Source of the DNA: Squalus acanthias
Taxonomy: Eukaryota
Direction of reading: 5' to 3'
DNA length: 64,000 nucleotides
Assembly (NCBI GenBank): GCA_030390025.1
Contig: CM059432.1
Coordinates: 52,578,001-52,642,000, forward strand
Positions 12,596-25,219 of this stretch are shown here, in pieces. Position 1 is the first letter of the stretch. Every line of letters starts with the position of its first letter. The notes under the pieces were generated by a model. That model did no database searches, was not told the DNA's origin, and worked only from the letters and a program-made list of their open reading frames with translations. The translations under genes were made by a program, and so were the position numbers.

Positions 12596-12637
12596 ATCTT
12601 AGTCACTGACTGTATTGTTGATCTATAATGCATACAG

Positions 12638-12855
12638 ATTTGAGAAAACCATGTGTGGAAGAGTTTATTGCAACTGAAGAAACTCCCGATCCAATAACAA
12701 TTCCTGAATCATATGAGGAGACAGTTCCAAATTCAACTACAAGCAAAGAACCAGTTGGTGAAATCAACATCTTGGAGAAAAATGAGCTGCTGATACAGTC
12801 TTGTACAGTACAAGAAGCATCAGATTCAGCTATGTTCCAAAGTCCAAATGACTGA
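12638..12855 (+). CDS. Probable terminal coding exon of the same unidentified gene (acidic tail ...DLRKPCVEEFIATEETPD...MFQSPND*)
   Basis: Acceptor catacag|AT is phase 1, compatible with exon 8538-8676. Open to TGA 12853-12855, followed by AATAAA. Confidence 0.6.
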
Positions 12856-12858
12856 AAG

Positions 12859-12864
12859 AATAAA
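12859..12864 (+). terminator. Candidate polyadenylation signal AATAAA
   Basis: Lies 3 nt after the stop codon of the putative terminal exon. Use is unverified. Confidence 0.35.
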
Positions 12865-14474
12865 GAGATACTGTTATAAAATATACACAGTACATATAGA
12901 AGATATATTTAAAAATGATGATGAAAGCTAAGTCACTCAAGAATTAGCTTGTCAAGACTTCATGGATGGACAGATACTCAATATCATGCATCAGTTTGAA
13001 ATACTAGTTACAGTAATAGTATATATAGAGTAACACAAGATTGGATTGTGCTACAAAAAAGTAACATATTAAAGGGCTCAGATGAGTCATAAACCATTAG
13101 GACAAATTTCAAGCAGTTTATCATGTCAGCTGAATCCTAAGATGTGCTACATCCTTGAAATAGACTGCAATCTGTGTGTTAACCCTTATAATGTATATGT
13201 AAAGTTTGAAGTGATGATTTTAGGTCAAATCCAGTAAGACTGAACAGAGAATCAGGGCTGTAGTGTTATAGCCCTATCTTCAATCTGCACTTTCTCCAGC
13301 AAAGCTCTAACTCCAGAAGCACAGCATCACTAAATTTTCTCTTTTTATTCCTTCCTTTATGACTGACCATTCAAAGTCACTGATTCCCATAATTGAATCA
13401 TGATTTAAATTAAAGTGTCATTGCACCATGCGATCTGAACTGTAGTACCATTGGGTGTTATTTCACTGCATGTTAAAGAATACCGTATAAAGGTAATTTT
13501 ACAAATTCACATTTCTGGTGGTGAGCCTAATCCACTAAGAGCATGTCAAGGTTTTGATCAAATGTCTGGATTTCAGACATATTCTCAGCCAGCTAGGTTC
13601 CCCAGTAGCAGTGCAATATTGTCAAATTACCCCCTTTATTATTTATTGCATAATATATCGTTCTGTTTATTCAACTGTTATATGCCAACAAGATATCCAC
13701 TAGACAGAAAAACTGGGCATATATATTCACAACTTACCTGCAACATTAAAAAAAAAATCCAATTCTAATACATATACAACTGGAATTTCCGCAGGGATTC
13801 TTTGTAACTTTGATAGAAGATCAGTAGAACCCCCGGAGAAGTGGTGTAAATACGATGTATCTACAGGATTTCCCCTGATCTTCCACTGAAGTTTCAGCGA
13901 GTGATCAGGACAACCCCACAGAAACTCTCCACCATAAAATAGTATAGAAGCCACTTGAGATCTGCTCCACGAATATTGGGACCTAAAGTCCTAATATGGC
14001 AGGCATGAAACATGCACAAATTTCCAGCCAGAAGTGCACCACCCGCCATATTGAGTAAGGACAAATGCGGGTCTTAACACATGTTTGAGGTACCTTCTCC
14101 AAGATTGGTTTGCCCGGAGGCAGCCAGTGCCATTGCGGGCTGCACTCAGGGAAATCAAACCTCGGGATTGCCTGCAACAAAGAAACTAAGTAACTTACCT
14201 GAATGTGGAGCTGGAAGGAGCACGAGTGCTCCTCCAGACTCCACGTTAAAGAACCCAATCACCGTCGACCCCTCTCCCTTATCATCTCCACTCCTGACCC
14301 GACCCCTGATTCCAATCTCCCCTCTGCTCCCTACCCAACCCCCGTTATCCCTGACCACAACCCAGACCCCCGACCTCGTGTTCCCTCACCCCCCGATTCT
14401 TGAACCCCCGACCCCCAACCCAACCCTTGGACCCACCCACTTGAGGGATGCAGATTTGAATTGTTATCACGCAC

Positions 14475-15175
14475 AACTGGTTTAGCCAGTCTTCGCCAGA
14501 TCTGGCTGGACCACATCAAGCACTATCAGGCCCACGCTCTGCCAAAAATTGCTCAGTACTCCAGGATCATCCTGGAATGCAAAGATAACCCCTGGCATCT
14601 TTTCTCCACTACCAACCGTCTCCTTAAACACTTCTCCCCTGCCCTCCAATAACAAGTGTGAGGAGCTCATGGACTTCTTTATCACCAAGATTGAGACCAC
14701 CTGTTCAGCTGCATCTGTCGCATCCATTCCTTCCCCTTGCCCACAAAGCCAAGCTTCTCCCAAGGTCCCCCTCTGCTCTAACCCTATCAAATTTCTCTCC
14801 TATCTCCCCTCATGCCGGCTCTGAGCTCATCTTGTCCATGAGATCCACCTCATGTTCTCTTAACCCTATTCCCACTAAACCGCTGACCAAATTCCCTTCC
14901 TGGCCCTCATGCTAGCTGATATTGTAAATGGTTCCCACTCCCTTTCAAATCTGCCGTTATCACCCCCTCCTCAAGAAAATCTCCCTTGACCACTCTGTCT
15001 TTGCAAACTACTGCCCCATCTTCAACCTCCCTTTCCTCTCCAAAGTTCGTGAATGTGCTGTCATCTGCCAAATCCGTGTCCATCTTTCCTGCAACTCGAT
15101 GTTTGAAACTCAAGAATCCGCCCCACCACACCACTAAAACGGCCCTAATTGACATCACAAATGATATCCTGTGAC
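14475..15175 (+). mobile_element. L2 LINE ORF2 fragment (continues at about 16260-16550 and 17950-18115)
   Basis: QIWLDHIKHY, NY.PIFNLPFLSKV.E, T.TALI.ITNDIL, later LIQNSVA.ILTR...L.WLPV and an L2 tail. Split by CR1 and MITE insertions. Confidence 0.8.
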
Positions 15176-15187
15176 CCAAGCTGAGCT

Positions 15188-16245
15188 TAAGAACATAAGA
15201 AATAAGAGCAGGAGTAGGCCATACGGCCCATCAAGCCTGCTCCGCCATTCAATAAGATCATGGCTGATCATCGACCTCAACTCCACTTTCCCGCCCAATC
15301 TCCATATCCCTGGATGTCCCTAGAGTCCAAAAATCAATCTATCTCAGCCTTGAATATATTCAAAGACTCAGCATTCACAGCCCTCTGGGGCAGAGAATTC
15401 CAAAGATTCACAACCCTCTGAGTGAAGAAATTTCTCCTCAGCTCAGCCTTAAATGGCCTAGCCCTTATCTTGAGACTATGCCCCCGAGTTCTAGACACTC
15501 CAGCCAGGGGAAACAACCTCTCAGCATCTACCCTGTCAATCCCTTTCAGAATCTTGTATGTTTCAATGAGATCACCTCTCATTCTTCTAAACTCCAGAGA
15601 GTATAGGCCCATTCTACACAATCTCTTATCATAGGACAGTCCTCTCATCCCAGGAATCAATCTAGTGAACCTTCATTGCACCATCTCCAAGGCAAGTATA
15701 TCCTTCCTTAGATAAGGAGACCAAAACTGTGCACAGTACTCCAGGTGTGGTCTCACCAAGGCCCTGTACAATTGTAGCATGACTTCCTTACTCTTATACT
15801 CCAACTCCCTTGCAATAAAGGCCAACATGCCATTTGCCTTCCTTATTGCTTGCTGTACCTACATGCTAGCTTCCTGTGTTTCTTGCACGAGGACACCCAA
15901 ATCTCTCTGAACACCAACATTTGAAAGTTTCTCACCATTTAAAAAATATTCTGTTTTTCTATTCTTCCTACCAAAGTGAATAACCTCACATTTCCCTACA
16001 TTAGACTCCATCTGCCATCGTACTGCCCACTCACTTAGTCTATCTATATCCCTTTGCAGACTCTGTGTTCTCCTCACAGCTTACTGTCCCACCTAGTTTT
16101 GTATCATCAGCAAACTTAGATACGTTACACTCAGTCCCTTCATCTAGGTCATTAATATAGATTGCAAATAGCTGAGGCCCCAACACTGATCCTTGCGGCA
16201 CCCCACTAGTTACAGCCTGCCAACCTGAAAAAGATCCGTTTATCC
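15188..16245 (-). mobile_element. CR1 LINE 3' portion (RT, C-terminus, taagaaca tail)
   Basis: [45 protein letters not shown]. Confidence 0.9.
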
Positions 16246-16551
16246 CTTCCGACCCCATATCCTCTCCATCACAAATATCACCTACTTACACCTCTGTAAT
16301 ATCACCCGTCTCCACCCATGCCTCAGCCCATCTGCTGCTTAAAACGCCTTCCATGGTTTTGTTTCCTCCAGACTCGACTATTTCAATGCTCTCCAATGGC
16401 CTCCCATCTTCCACCCTCCATAAACATGAACTCATCCAAAACTCTGTTGCCCATATCTTAACTCGTACCAAGACCCGTTCACCCATCGCCCCTGTGCTTG
16501 CTGACCTACTTTGGCTTCCAGTCTGGAAATGCCTCAAATTAAAAATTCTCA

Positions 16552-17049
16552 TGTGAAGGCCCTTGAGAGGGTGCGGAGGAGATTTACCAGAATGGTTCCG
16601 GGGATGGGGGATCTTAGCTACAAGGACAGGTTGGAGAAGCTGGATTTGTTTTCATTAGAGCAAAGGAGGTTGAGGGGTGATTTGATTGAGGTGTACAAGA
16701 TTATGACGGGTTTGGATAGGCTAGATGGGAAAAGGCTGTTCCCACTAGTTGATGGTACAAGGACTAGGGGACACAGATTTAAGGTTTTGGGCAAGAGATA
16801 CAGGAGGGATGTGAGGAAAAACTTTTTTGCACAGCGAATGGTGATGACCTGGAATTCGCTGCCGACGGAAGTGGTGGAAGCGGAGACACTCAATGTTTTC
16901 AAGGGGAGACAGGATAGGCACTTGAGGGAAATAAACTTGCAGGGCTATGGGGATAGAGCGGGGGAATGGGACTGACTGGATTGCTTTACAGAGAGCTGGC
17001 ACGGACTCGATGGGCCGAATGGCCTCCTTCTGTGCCGTTATGACTCTAT
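16552..17049 (+). mobile_element. CR1 LINE 3' end
   Basis: LERVRRRFTRM...RRLRGDLIEVYK...WNSLP, with a tatgactc tail split by the 17050 element. Confidence 0.9.
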
Positions 17050-17944
17050 GGGGGAGAAATTCAGTATCGCCCCATTTGGGGCGCAATTATCGACCGGGCG
17101 CAAAGATTAGCGCCTGGCGCTAATTATCGCCACCGACAGCAAACTTGACTTTTATCGCCCCTGGAGGTGATTAGAGCGCTAAATCAGGCGCTTCACACCT
17201 GTCTTAAGGCGCAAAGGCTGAGGAGTGAGGCGCTACCTCAGAGCGCTGGCGAAGCTCATGTGATGTCAGTCAGCAATGGAACACAGACACAATGGCGCGG
17301 GCCAGTTCTTAAAGGGGAGGGTTGATCTTGCTTTCCATCCACATCCTGCTCATTCCAGCCTTGAATCTCGGCCTGGAGAGACCTGCACATCAAATCTGCT
17401 GGAAAGAACAATGGAGAGTACCAGGGAAAGACCTCAGAGTGCAGCCCCCATAGTCTCTTCTAAATCGATACAAGGAAGGGCAAATCAAAATGAACCTGCA
17501 AAGTGCTGCTCATTACCCAAAACTCCTTCACACAGCATTGAATCTCTCCAGAAGTCTCTCTCTCTCTCTCTCTCAGAATGCGTGGTTCTAAAATGTCACC
17601 AACAATAAAAGGCAGGAAGCGGTCGCCTTTAAATAGCGCTCCCCCAGTCCCTTCCTGACTGCAAAACGCTCCCCTCAACCTGTCGTTGCTAGCGGCAGGC
17701 GGTAAGGCAGGGGGCGCCACTCAATATCCACTCTGGGGCGATACCGGGGCGTTGCGCACTCGACTGACGTCACGATCTGCCGGCGCAGGAGATCGTGGTG
17801 GTAGTGTTTAGCGCCGCCGCAAAATGCCTAGTTAATTTCGCGAGCGGCGCAAACATCGCCGCGCCCGGGCGCTAAATGCTTTGCGCCCCATTAGCACCCT
17901 CTTAAGGCGCTAACGGGAGGCGGAACCAACTGAATTTTTCCCCC
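17050..17944. mobile_element. PIF/Harbinger-type non-autonomous element
   Basis: 16-bp TIR GGGGGA(G/A)AAATTCAGT and 3-bp TSD TAT (17047-17049 / 17945-17947). CpG-rich subtermini with repeated (t)agcgcc motifs. Confidence 0.8.
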
Positions 17945-18180
17945 TATGACTCATCCTCGTGTTCAAATCCCTCCATACCTCTTTGACCCAGCTTTCGATC
18001 ACCTATCCTGATATCTCTTTATGTGGCTCAGTGTCAAATTTTGTCTGATAATGCTCCTGTTAAGCGCCTTGGGATGTTTTACTACATTAAAGGCGTTCTA
18101 TAAATGCAAGTTGTTTCTTTCTTTGGATGTATCAGTATCACAGACAATCTATCTTACACATATATTAAAACAGACTTGTT

Positions 18181-18803
18181 GGGGTGGAGTTTCCGCTTTG
18201 AGCACAAATTGCGCCCAAAATTGCGCTAGTTTTCAGGTTTTTTTCTCGGCTTTCCGCTCAAATTCATTTGCATAATTCCAAAGGTAAAAGCTCCCATGGG
18301 CCAGCGCAATCGGGCAGCATTTTAGAATGTATTTTTTTTTAATTTGCTTTAAAAAATATTCCGTGATATATTTAAGAGCGGTAACTTGGTGCAGTTTGAT
18401 TAATACAGCTGAAAATAAGCATTTTTAATGAGAGTGTCTAGTCCACCAACTGTGAGTATCCCATTTTTAAATAACTGAAAATGACTTTCAAAAACTATAC
18501 AGAACCATTTGCTAGTTATATTGGTGTACAAAAGTCAGTTTCTTCGTAAATTACAATTTTTTTTCAAAAGCTTTCAAAATGTGCGTATTAGTGTCCTTGC
18601 ACCTAAAAAAAAGCTTAATTGTTAGAGCCTCCTCGAAGACCAAAAACGGGCTACTAGTGTGATGTTTTAAACTAGCGTAAAAGATCGCGGAAACTTGATT
18701 GCGCTGAATGTAATTTTCGCTTAAAATTCTGCGATCTTTTACGCACCGATTTCAGGCGAAATGCACCAAAAGGCTAGCACAACTGAGTGGAAACTCCAGG
18801 CCC
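18181..18803. mobile_element. MITE-like element
   Basis: Imperfect TIR GGGGTGGAGTTTCCGCT / AGTGGAAACTCCAGGCCC. No clean TSD. Confidence 0.55.
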
Positions 18804-19534
18804 TTCTATCTGATGCACTTTATAAGATCTTATGCAATACTTGACTGTAAACTTATATTGTGTGATACTTTATTAAAAGTTTGCAGTGACATATTTGTAG
18901 ATTCCAGTTGTTTGACTTCCATATATTTTACCCACAGAGCAACTTATTAAAAAGAACAATTTTTAAAAGGAAAAGTATTACCTTGACACATAAGTTACAA
19001 TACTCCAAAAAAGTTAATGAATTAAAGATCATTTTCAACTTTGATTTAATAAAAAGACATTCTGAAACAATATAATAGAAGTGGAATGGGTATTTCAGAA
19101 TGTTGTACATTTCTACTCCTATGAAGTTATTAATTCCTTCTGGCATTTCAGTTACTGGTAAATTGCTATATCTATTCAAAGATGATTATTCAGCCTAATT
19201 TATATCTATACACAGTCAATCAGCAGTTATATCACATGTTGTCTCACAAATTCATTCTCACTGTGTTGCCATAAATAACATGGTTATCATCTACGTATTT
19301 CCAGTCCAACACTGTGATTTTTCCTTTGGTTGCAGGTAATTGCCGATCTACAGCCAAGCCATCCATGTATTGGATATCATAAAGGGCTCACAAACTGCAC
19401 TTGGTACTCATAAGCCCAAATTGCAATTACACACATACATAGGTGGTCTCTACATATTCACGCCTCATAATTTGAGCCTGTGACAATAATGGGGAAATTA
19501 TACCTTCAGACTTTATAAATCTACCAAGTTTTCG

Positions 19535-20130
19535 AATCATAAAATATTACAGCACAAGGGAGGCCATTTGTTTCATGATGCCTGTGCCAGCTCTCTGAAA
19601 GAGCAATCTATTTATTGTATTTCTCTGCTCTTTACCCATTCCCTTTTCTTTTTCAGATACCTATTTGCTTCCCTTTTTAAATCTATTATGGATTCTGCTT
19701 CCACTACTGTTTCTGATAGAAGGTTGCCAGAGCATGGATTGCCCCAAGTAAAAACATTTCTCCCAACCTCTCCCTTCATTCTTTTGGTGATGATCATAAA
19801 TTTATGCCATGTAGTTAAGAACTCACCAACTATCCTAGCCAATTGCTCCACCCCTCCCCTTGTACGCTTCATTCTCACTACCATACGCTTCTATGAAACC
19901 CAAGGCAAAGTACATGTTCAGTATCTATGCCACTCCTTCATCATCCATAAAATTTCCTTTTTATCTTTGATAATCCCTACCCTTTCTTTAACGATTCTTT
20001 TACTTTCATGTTTTATAAAACCCTTTACTCTTTCCCATTAAGTTACTTGTCAGTCTTTCTTCATACCCCCTCTCAGCCTTTCTAATCTCCTTATTTGCTT
20101 CCCTTCTATATTCTCTATATGTGTCTGGTA
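19535..20130 (-). mobile_element. Old degenerate CR1 fragments
   Basis: CR1-type tail (gaatcata...ggccatt) and a VVEAESI..KRE...YL remnant. Confidence 0.55.
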
Positions 20131-20142
20131 AAAATGAAGAGC

Positions 20143-20450
20143 TGGGTGCTCCATATGGCTCCGTGAATAAAAGCACTATGTGGTGTGGTACTGAGAAACA
20201 CAGGTGCGAGACATCACAGTTTTAATCCTTTCCCTGTGCTGAATTAGCTGATCTCAGCCAGAGGAGTAGTAGGACTTTATGATTCGCCTCAATGTTCCTG
20301 GAACAAAGATAGGAAATGTCAAGCAGGATTCCCAGTCCTGACTGCTATCAAATGACCTCTGTTGGAAAGTAGATGTATGGATGTTGGGTAAAAACTGAAT
20401 AAGTCTCAGCGATGCCATCCATAGTCAAATAATATGCTGAATGGATCTGT
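20143..20450 (+). mobile_element. LF-SINE-like ancient SINE (weaker copies about 50660-50920 + and 53480-53650 -)
   Basis: tRNA-like head gggtgctccatatggctc...ggtactgag and core tgtgctgaattagctgatctcagcc, matching my recollection of the LF-SINE consensus. Confidence 0.55.
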
Positions 20451-20584
20451 TGAAATAGGGGCTGGAAGGGGAGGAGAAAATGAAGAACCTTACAGTTTTT
20501 GAGGTACACTTAGTATTCTAAAATATACCATGATTTTACATTTATTTGGAGAATTTTAAATGGATGCTAGGAAACACGGATGAA

Positions 20585-20895
20585 TAAGAACATAAGAACA
20601 TAAGAAATAGGAGCAGGAATAGGCCACTTGGCTGATCTTGGGCTCAAAGCCACTTCCCCGCCCGCTCCCCATAACCCTTCACTCCCTTAACTTGCAAAAA
20701 TCTGTCTATCTCCACCTTAAATGTATTTAATGACCCAGCTTCCACAGCTCTCTGGGGCAGAGAATTCCACAGATTTACAACCCTCTGAGAGAAGAAATCC
20801 CTCCACATCTCAGCTCTAAAAGGGCGACCCTTTATTCTAAAACTGTGCCCCCGTGTTCTAGATTTCCCCATGAGGGGAAACATCCTCTCTGCATC
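20585..20895 (-). mobile_element. CR1 3' end, joined head-to-head to the 20897-22336 copy
   Basis: ORF 20644..20883 is nearly identical to the C-terminus of 21869..22240. taagaaca tail. Confidence 0.9.
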
Positions 20896-20896
20896 G

Positions 20897-22336
20897 ATTT
20901 AAGAAAGGAGGGAGACAGAAAGCAGGAAACTATAGACCAGTTAGCCTAACATCTGTCATTGGGAAAATGCTGGAGTCTTTCATTAAGAAGCAGTAGCAGG
21001 GCATTTGGAAAATCATAATGCAGTCAAGAAGAGTCAGCATGGTTTTATGAAAAGGAAATCATGTTTAACAAACTTGCTAGAGTTCTTTGAGGAGGTAACG
21101 AGCAGGGTGGACAAAGGTGAACCAGTGGGTGTGGTGTATTTGGATTTCCAGAAGGCATTCGATAAGGTGCCACATAAAAGGTTACTGCATAAGATAAGAG
21201 CTCACGGAATTGGGGGTAATATATTAGCATGGATAGAGAATTGACTAACTAACAGAAAGCAGAGAGTTGGGATAAATGGGTCATTTTCCGGTTGGCAAAT
21301 GGTAACTAGTGGGGTGCCACAGGGATCGGTGCTGGGGCCTCAACTATTTACAATCTACATTAATGACTTGGATGAAGGGACCGAGTGTAATGTAGCCAAG
21401 TTTGCGGATGATACAAAGATGGGTGGGAAAGCAAGTTGTGCAGAGGACTCAAAGAACCTGCAAAGGGATATAGACAGGCTAAGTGAATGGGCAAACATTT
21501 GGCAGATGGAGTATAATGTGGGAAAGTGTGAGGTTATACACTTTGGCAGGAAAAATAAAAAAGCAAATTATTATTTAAATGGAGAGAGATTACAAAATGC
21601 TACAGTTCAGAGGGACCTGGGGGTCCTTGTGCATGAAACACAAAAAGTTAGCATGCAGGTACAGCAAGTAATTAAAAAGGCAAATGGAATGTTGGCCTTT
21701 ATTTCAAAGGGATTGGAGTATAAAAGCAGGGAAGTCCTGCTACAACTGTACAGGGTATTGGTGAGACCACACCTTGAGTACTGCGTACAGTTTTGGTCTC
21801 CTTATTTAAGGAAGGATATACTTGCATTGGAGGCAGTTCAGAGATGATTCACTAGGTTAATTCCAGAGATGAGAGGGTTGACTTATGAGGAAAGGTTGAG
21901 CAGGCTAGGCCTATACTCATTAGAATTTAGAAGAATGAGAGGTGATCTTATTGAAACATATAAGAAACTGAGGGGGCACGACAAGGTAGATGCAGAGAGG
22001 ATGTTTCCTCTCGTGGGGAAATCTAGAACGTGGGGGCACAGTTTTAGAATAAAGGGTCGCCCTTTTAGAACTGAGATGAGGAGGAATTTCTTCTCTCAGA
22101 GGGTTGTAAATCTGTGGAATTCTCTGCCCCAGAGAGCTGTGGAGGCTGGGTCATTAAATACATTTAAGGTGGAGATAGACAAATTTTTGCAAGATAAGGG
22201 AATGAAGGGTTATGGGGAGCGGACAGGGAAGTGGCTTTGAGCCCAAGATCAGCCATGATCTTATTGAATGGCGGAGCAGGCTCGAGGGGCCAAGTGACCT
22301 ATTCCTGCTCCTATTTCTTATGTTCTTATGTTCTTA
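20897..22336 (+). mobile_element. CR1 LINE RT region to 3' tail
   Basis: [39 protein letters not shown], tail ttcttatg repeats. Confidence 0.92.
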
Positions 22337-23261
22337 AATGGAATCCCATAAGCATAATGGGAATCCCCCTTTCTGATTGGTTGGGCCGACCCGCGTGATC
22401 CCAGGGGCGCTTGCGAACCGCATGCACTCCTGGGATATGTGGGCCTTTAGGCATGTCTACTCATAGAGGCCCAGGAGCGCAAGTCTCCGTGGATCCAGGG
22501 CCATCAGGAAGGTACGTAGATTAATTGTGGTTCTGAGGCATCCGCCCGTGGGAAGCCTCTGAAAGCAAATTCAGGCCCATTATTCACAGGGTACAATGAA
22601 AAACTTTACTTACCAGAACTAACCAGTTGTTTGAACTGGCTGGAGCTCAGCACGTAGCGAAGTGATGACAAACCGGCAGCCTGTTTTACACCCCACCCCA
22701 TTTTCTTCTGCATTGATTTCAATGGAACAGTAAATTGGGGCTGGGTGTAAATGGGGTGGCCGATTCACTGTCGCCCATTTTTCGCCCGGTGGTAAAAGTT
22801 AAAATTACCTGCTCCCCACCGTATGTCTAATTATTTTATTATATTGTGTATCAGTCTCCTTGCTGAATCAATATAACTTAACTTAGTACAGCATTAAAAT
22901 TAACATGCAATTAGTTATATGAATTGTTTCCATATCCAAACAGGAAATTTCCCAAACTGTTTGGTTAAGTGAGTAACGTTAAGAAATTAGTCTACAAAGT
23001 AATGCATGTTGTCTTAGCATGAACTAACTATTATCTAAAAGAAAGAACTTGGATTTTTATAGACCTTTCATATTCTCAGGACATCTCAAGTATTTCACAG
23101 AACTACAAGCAGGTTAAAAATAGCTAAAACTATACACGTCCGTAGTTGACACAAAGCAGCTATCTTTACAGTTAACTCCAACTAATTAGTTCTATAGTGT
23201 CATTACTGTTGTTTTTTGAAAGTAAACACAGCAGCAAATTTACACACAAGGCCCCACAAAC

Positions 23262-25210
23262 ATCGCTGCAGGAGTTCCTCAGGCCAGTGTCCTAGGTCCA
23301 ACCATCTTCAGCTGCTTCATCAATGACCTTCCCTCGATCATAAGGTCAGAAGTGGGGATGTTCACTGATGATTGCACAGTGTTCAGTTCCATTCGCAACT
23401 CCTCAGCTAATGAAGCAGTCCATGCCACATGCAGCAAAACCTGGATAACATCCAGGCTTGGGCTGATAAGTGGCAAGTAACACTCGCACCACACAAGTGC
23501 CAGGCACTGACCATCTCCAACAAAAGAGTCTAACCACCTCCCCTTGACATTCAATAGCATTACCATCAACATCCTGGGGGGTCACCATTGACCAGAAACT
23601 TAACTGGACCAGCAACATAAATACTGTGGCTACAAGTGCAGGTCAGAGGCTGGGTATTCTGCGGTGAGTAACTCACATCGTGACTCCCCAAAGCCTTTCC
23701 ACCAACTACAAGGTACAAGTCAGGAGTGTGATGGAATACTCTCCACTTGCCTGGATGAGTGCAGCTCCAACAACACTCAAGAAGCTCGACACCATCCAGG
23801 ACAAAGCAGCCCGCTTGATCGGCACCCCAACTGAAGGGATATTTACTAGTCCTAGCCCCTTTGGGGTTATCCAGATCAGGCGTATTTCTCAGGCGTTCAC
23901 TTTCAACTAAAGTTTGAGGTAGCCGAATCCTAAAGATACTTAATTGAGTCTAAAGGTCCGGGCTATCGCTCCCTAAAGGAAAGGAACAACCCGAGAATGT
24001 TACCGTCCTCCAGATAGCGCTTTTAATAAGTTTAGCTAGACTGCAACGTGCCGGATATTATGAGGGTCCAGAGAACTCCTTCAGAATTCTGTAACTCTTC
24101 ACCAAAGAGTGTACAGAGATTGAGTTTGCGAGTTGTTGATACAGAAGACTTATGTGAGACAATTCTAAAAATATACAGAGATTTATTAAAGAACCGACAT
24201 GCAATTTACAGTTGGTGAATCAATCAATCGCAACGTTAACAGTTCTAAAAAGAGAAAAAATACGATCTTTTTAACAGAGAATCTTACTTTTAAATCTTAA
24301 CTTCGCTACAGTATTACAGTTCTTAAAGTTTTCTGTGCAGGATATCCATCAATATCAAATACCTTTGATCCCCGAGGTACAAAGAGTTGGAGAGCACAGA
24401 GCCGCCTCTATGGTCAAGAATTGCTTTGCCTGATTAAAGCAACTCTGATATCCCATTTGAGAGTTCAATATTTATACCCTTTTCAGTGGTATTTCCTTTA
24501 AAGTTTCTGCTGATGCAAGTCAATTATCCCTATTCATCTTTCTGCCGACCTCTGCAATTCTTACTGCTACATCAGCTTGTAATATTCCAGAATCTTGTCT
24601 TTCTCCAGGTGTTCTGGGTTAACCATATAAAACGGTGTGAAGGGCAGGTGTTCCTTATTTTATGTGCCATCTTTACAAAGTTTAAATTAAAACACCTCAA
24701 TCCAGTATGTACCATTGTTTTGTTCCCAAAAGGTCAGCTTATCGGAGCCATGCACCTTCTGTTTCAATAAGGTTATTTATTCAGGGTCAACAACTGTCTT
24801 ATCTCAATAGCCAGAATTCTTTCATAGCTATTTCATAGTTAGGTTTCTAAATTTCCAAACCCAGTTTGTCATGTTTTAATAAGGCCAGAATTCTTTCATA
24901 AGATAATGTATTTTTCTGAATAGGTTATATGGCTTATTCCTTCACACATCCACCACCTTAAACATTCAATCCCTCCACCACCAGCGCAACATGGCTGCAG
25001 TGTGTACCATCTACAAGATGCGCTGCAGCAACTCGCCAAGGCTTCTTCGACAGCACCTTCCAAACCCGCGATTTTGACCCAACGATGATGAAGGAATGGT
25101 GATATATTTTCAAGTCAGGATGGTGTGTGACTTGGAGGGGAACTTGAAGGCGGTGGTTTTCCCATGTGCCTGCTGCCCTTGTCCTTCTAGGTGGTAGAGG
25201 TCGTGGGATA
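23262..25210 (+). mobile_element. CR1-group LINE (same family as 33.7-36.7 kb), 3' RT portion split by a solo LTR, last about 140 bp inverted
   Basis: GVPQ.SVLGPTIFSCFINDLP and QVRSVMEYSPLAW. The sequence resumes collinearly after 24944. Confidence 0.85.
23832..24944 (-). mobile_element. Solo LTR (retrovirus/LTR-retrotransposon), 1113 bp
   Basis: TG...CA termini with inverted repeat TGAAGG(G/A)ATA. On minus: TATAAATA 24469-24476, then AATAAA 24182-24187. Duplicated 17-mer gccagaattctttcata in U3. Interrupts a LINE. Confidence 0.75.
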
Positions 25211-25219
25211 ACATATGAA

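Noticed and set aside
19318..19341. Recursive-splice-like YnCAG|GTAAT motif (similar on minus at about 13732-13760)
   Set aside because: Lies outside any supported transcript on the matching strand. Such motifs occur by chance.
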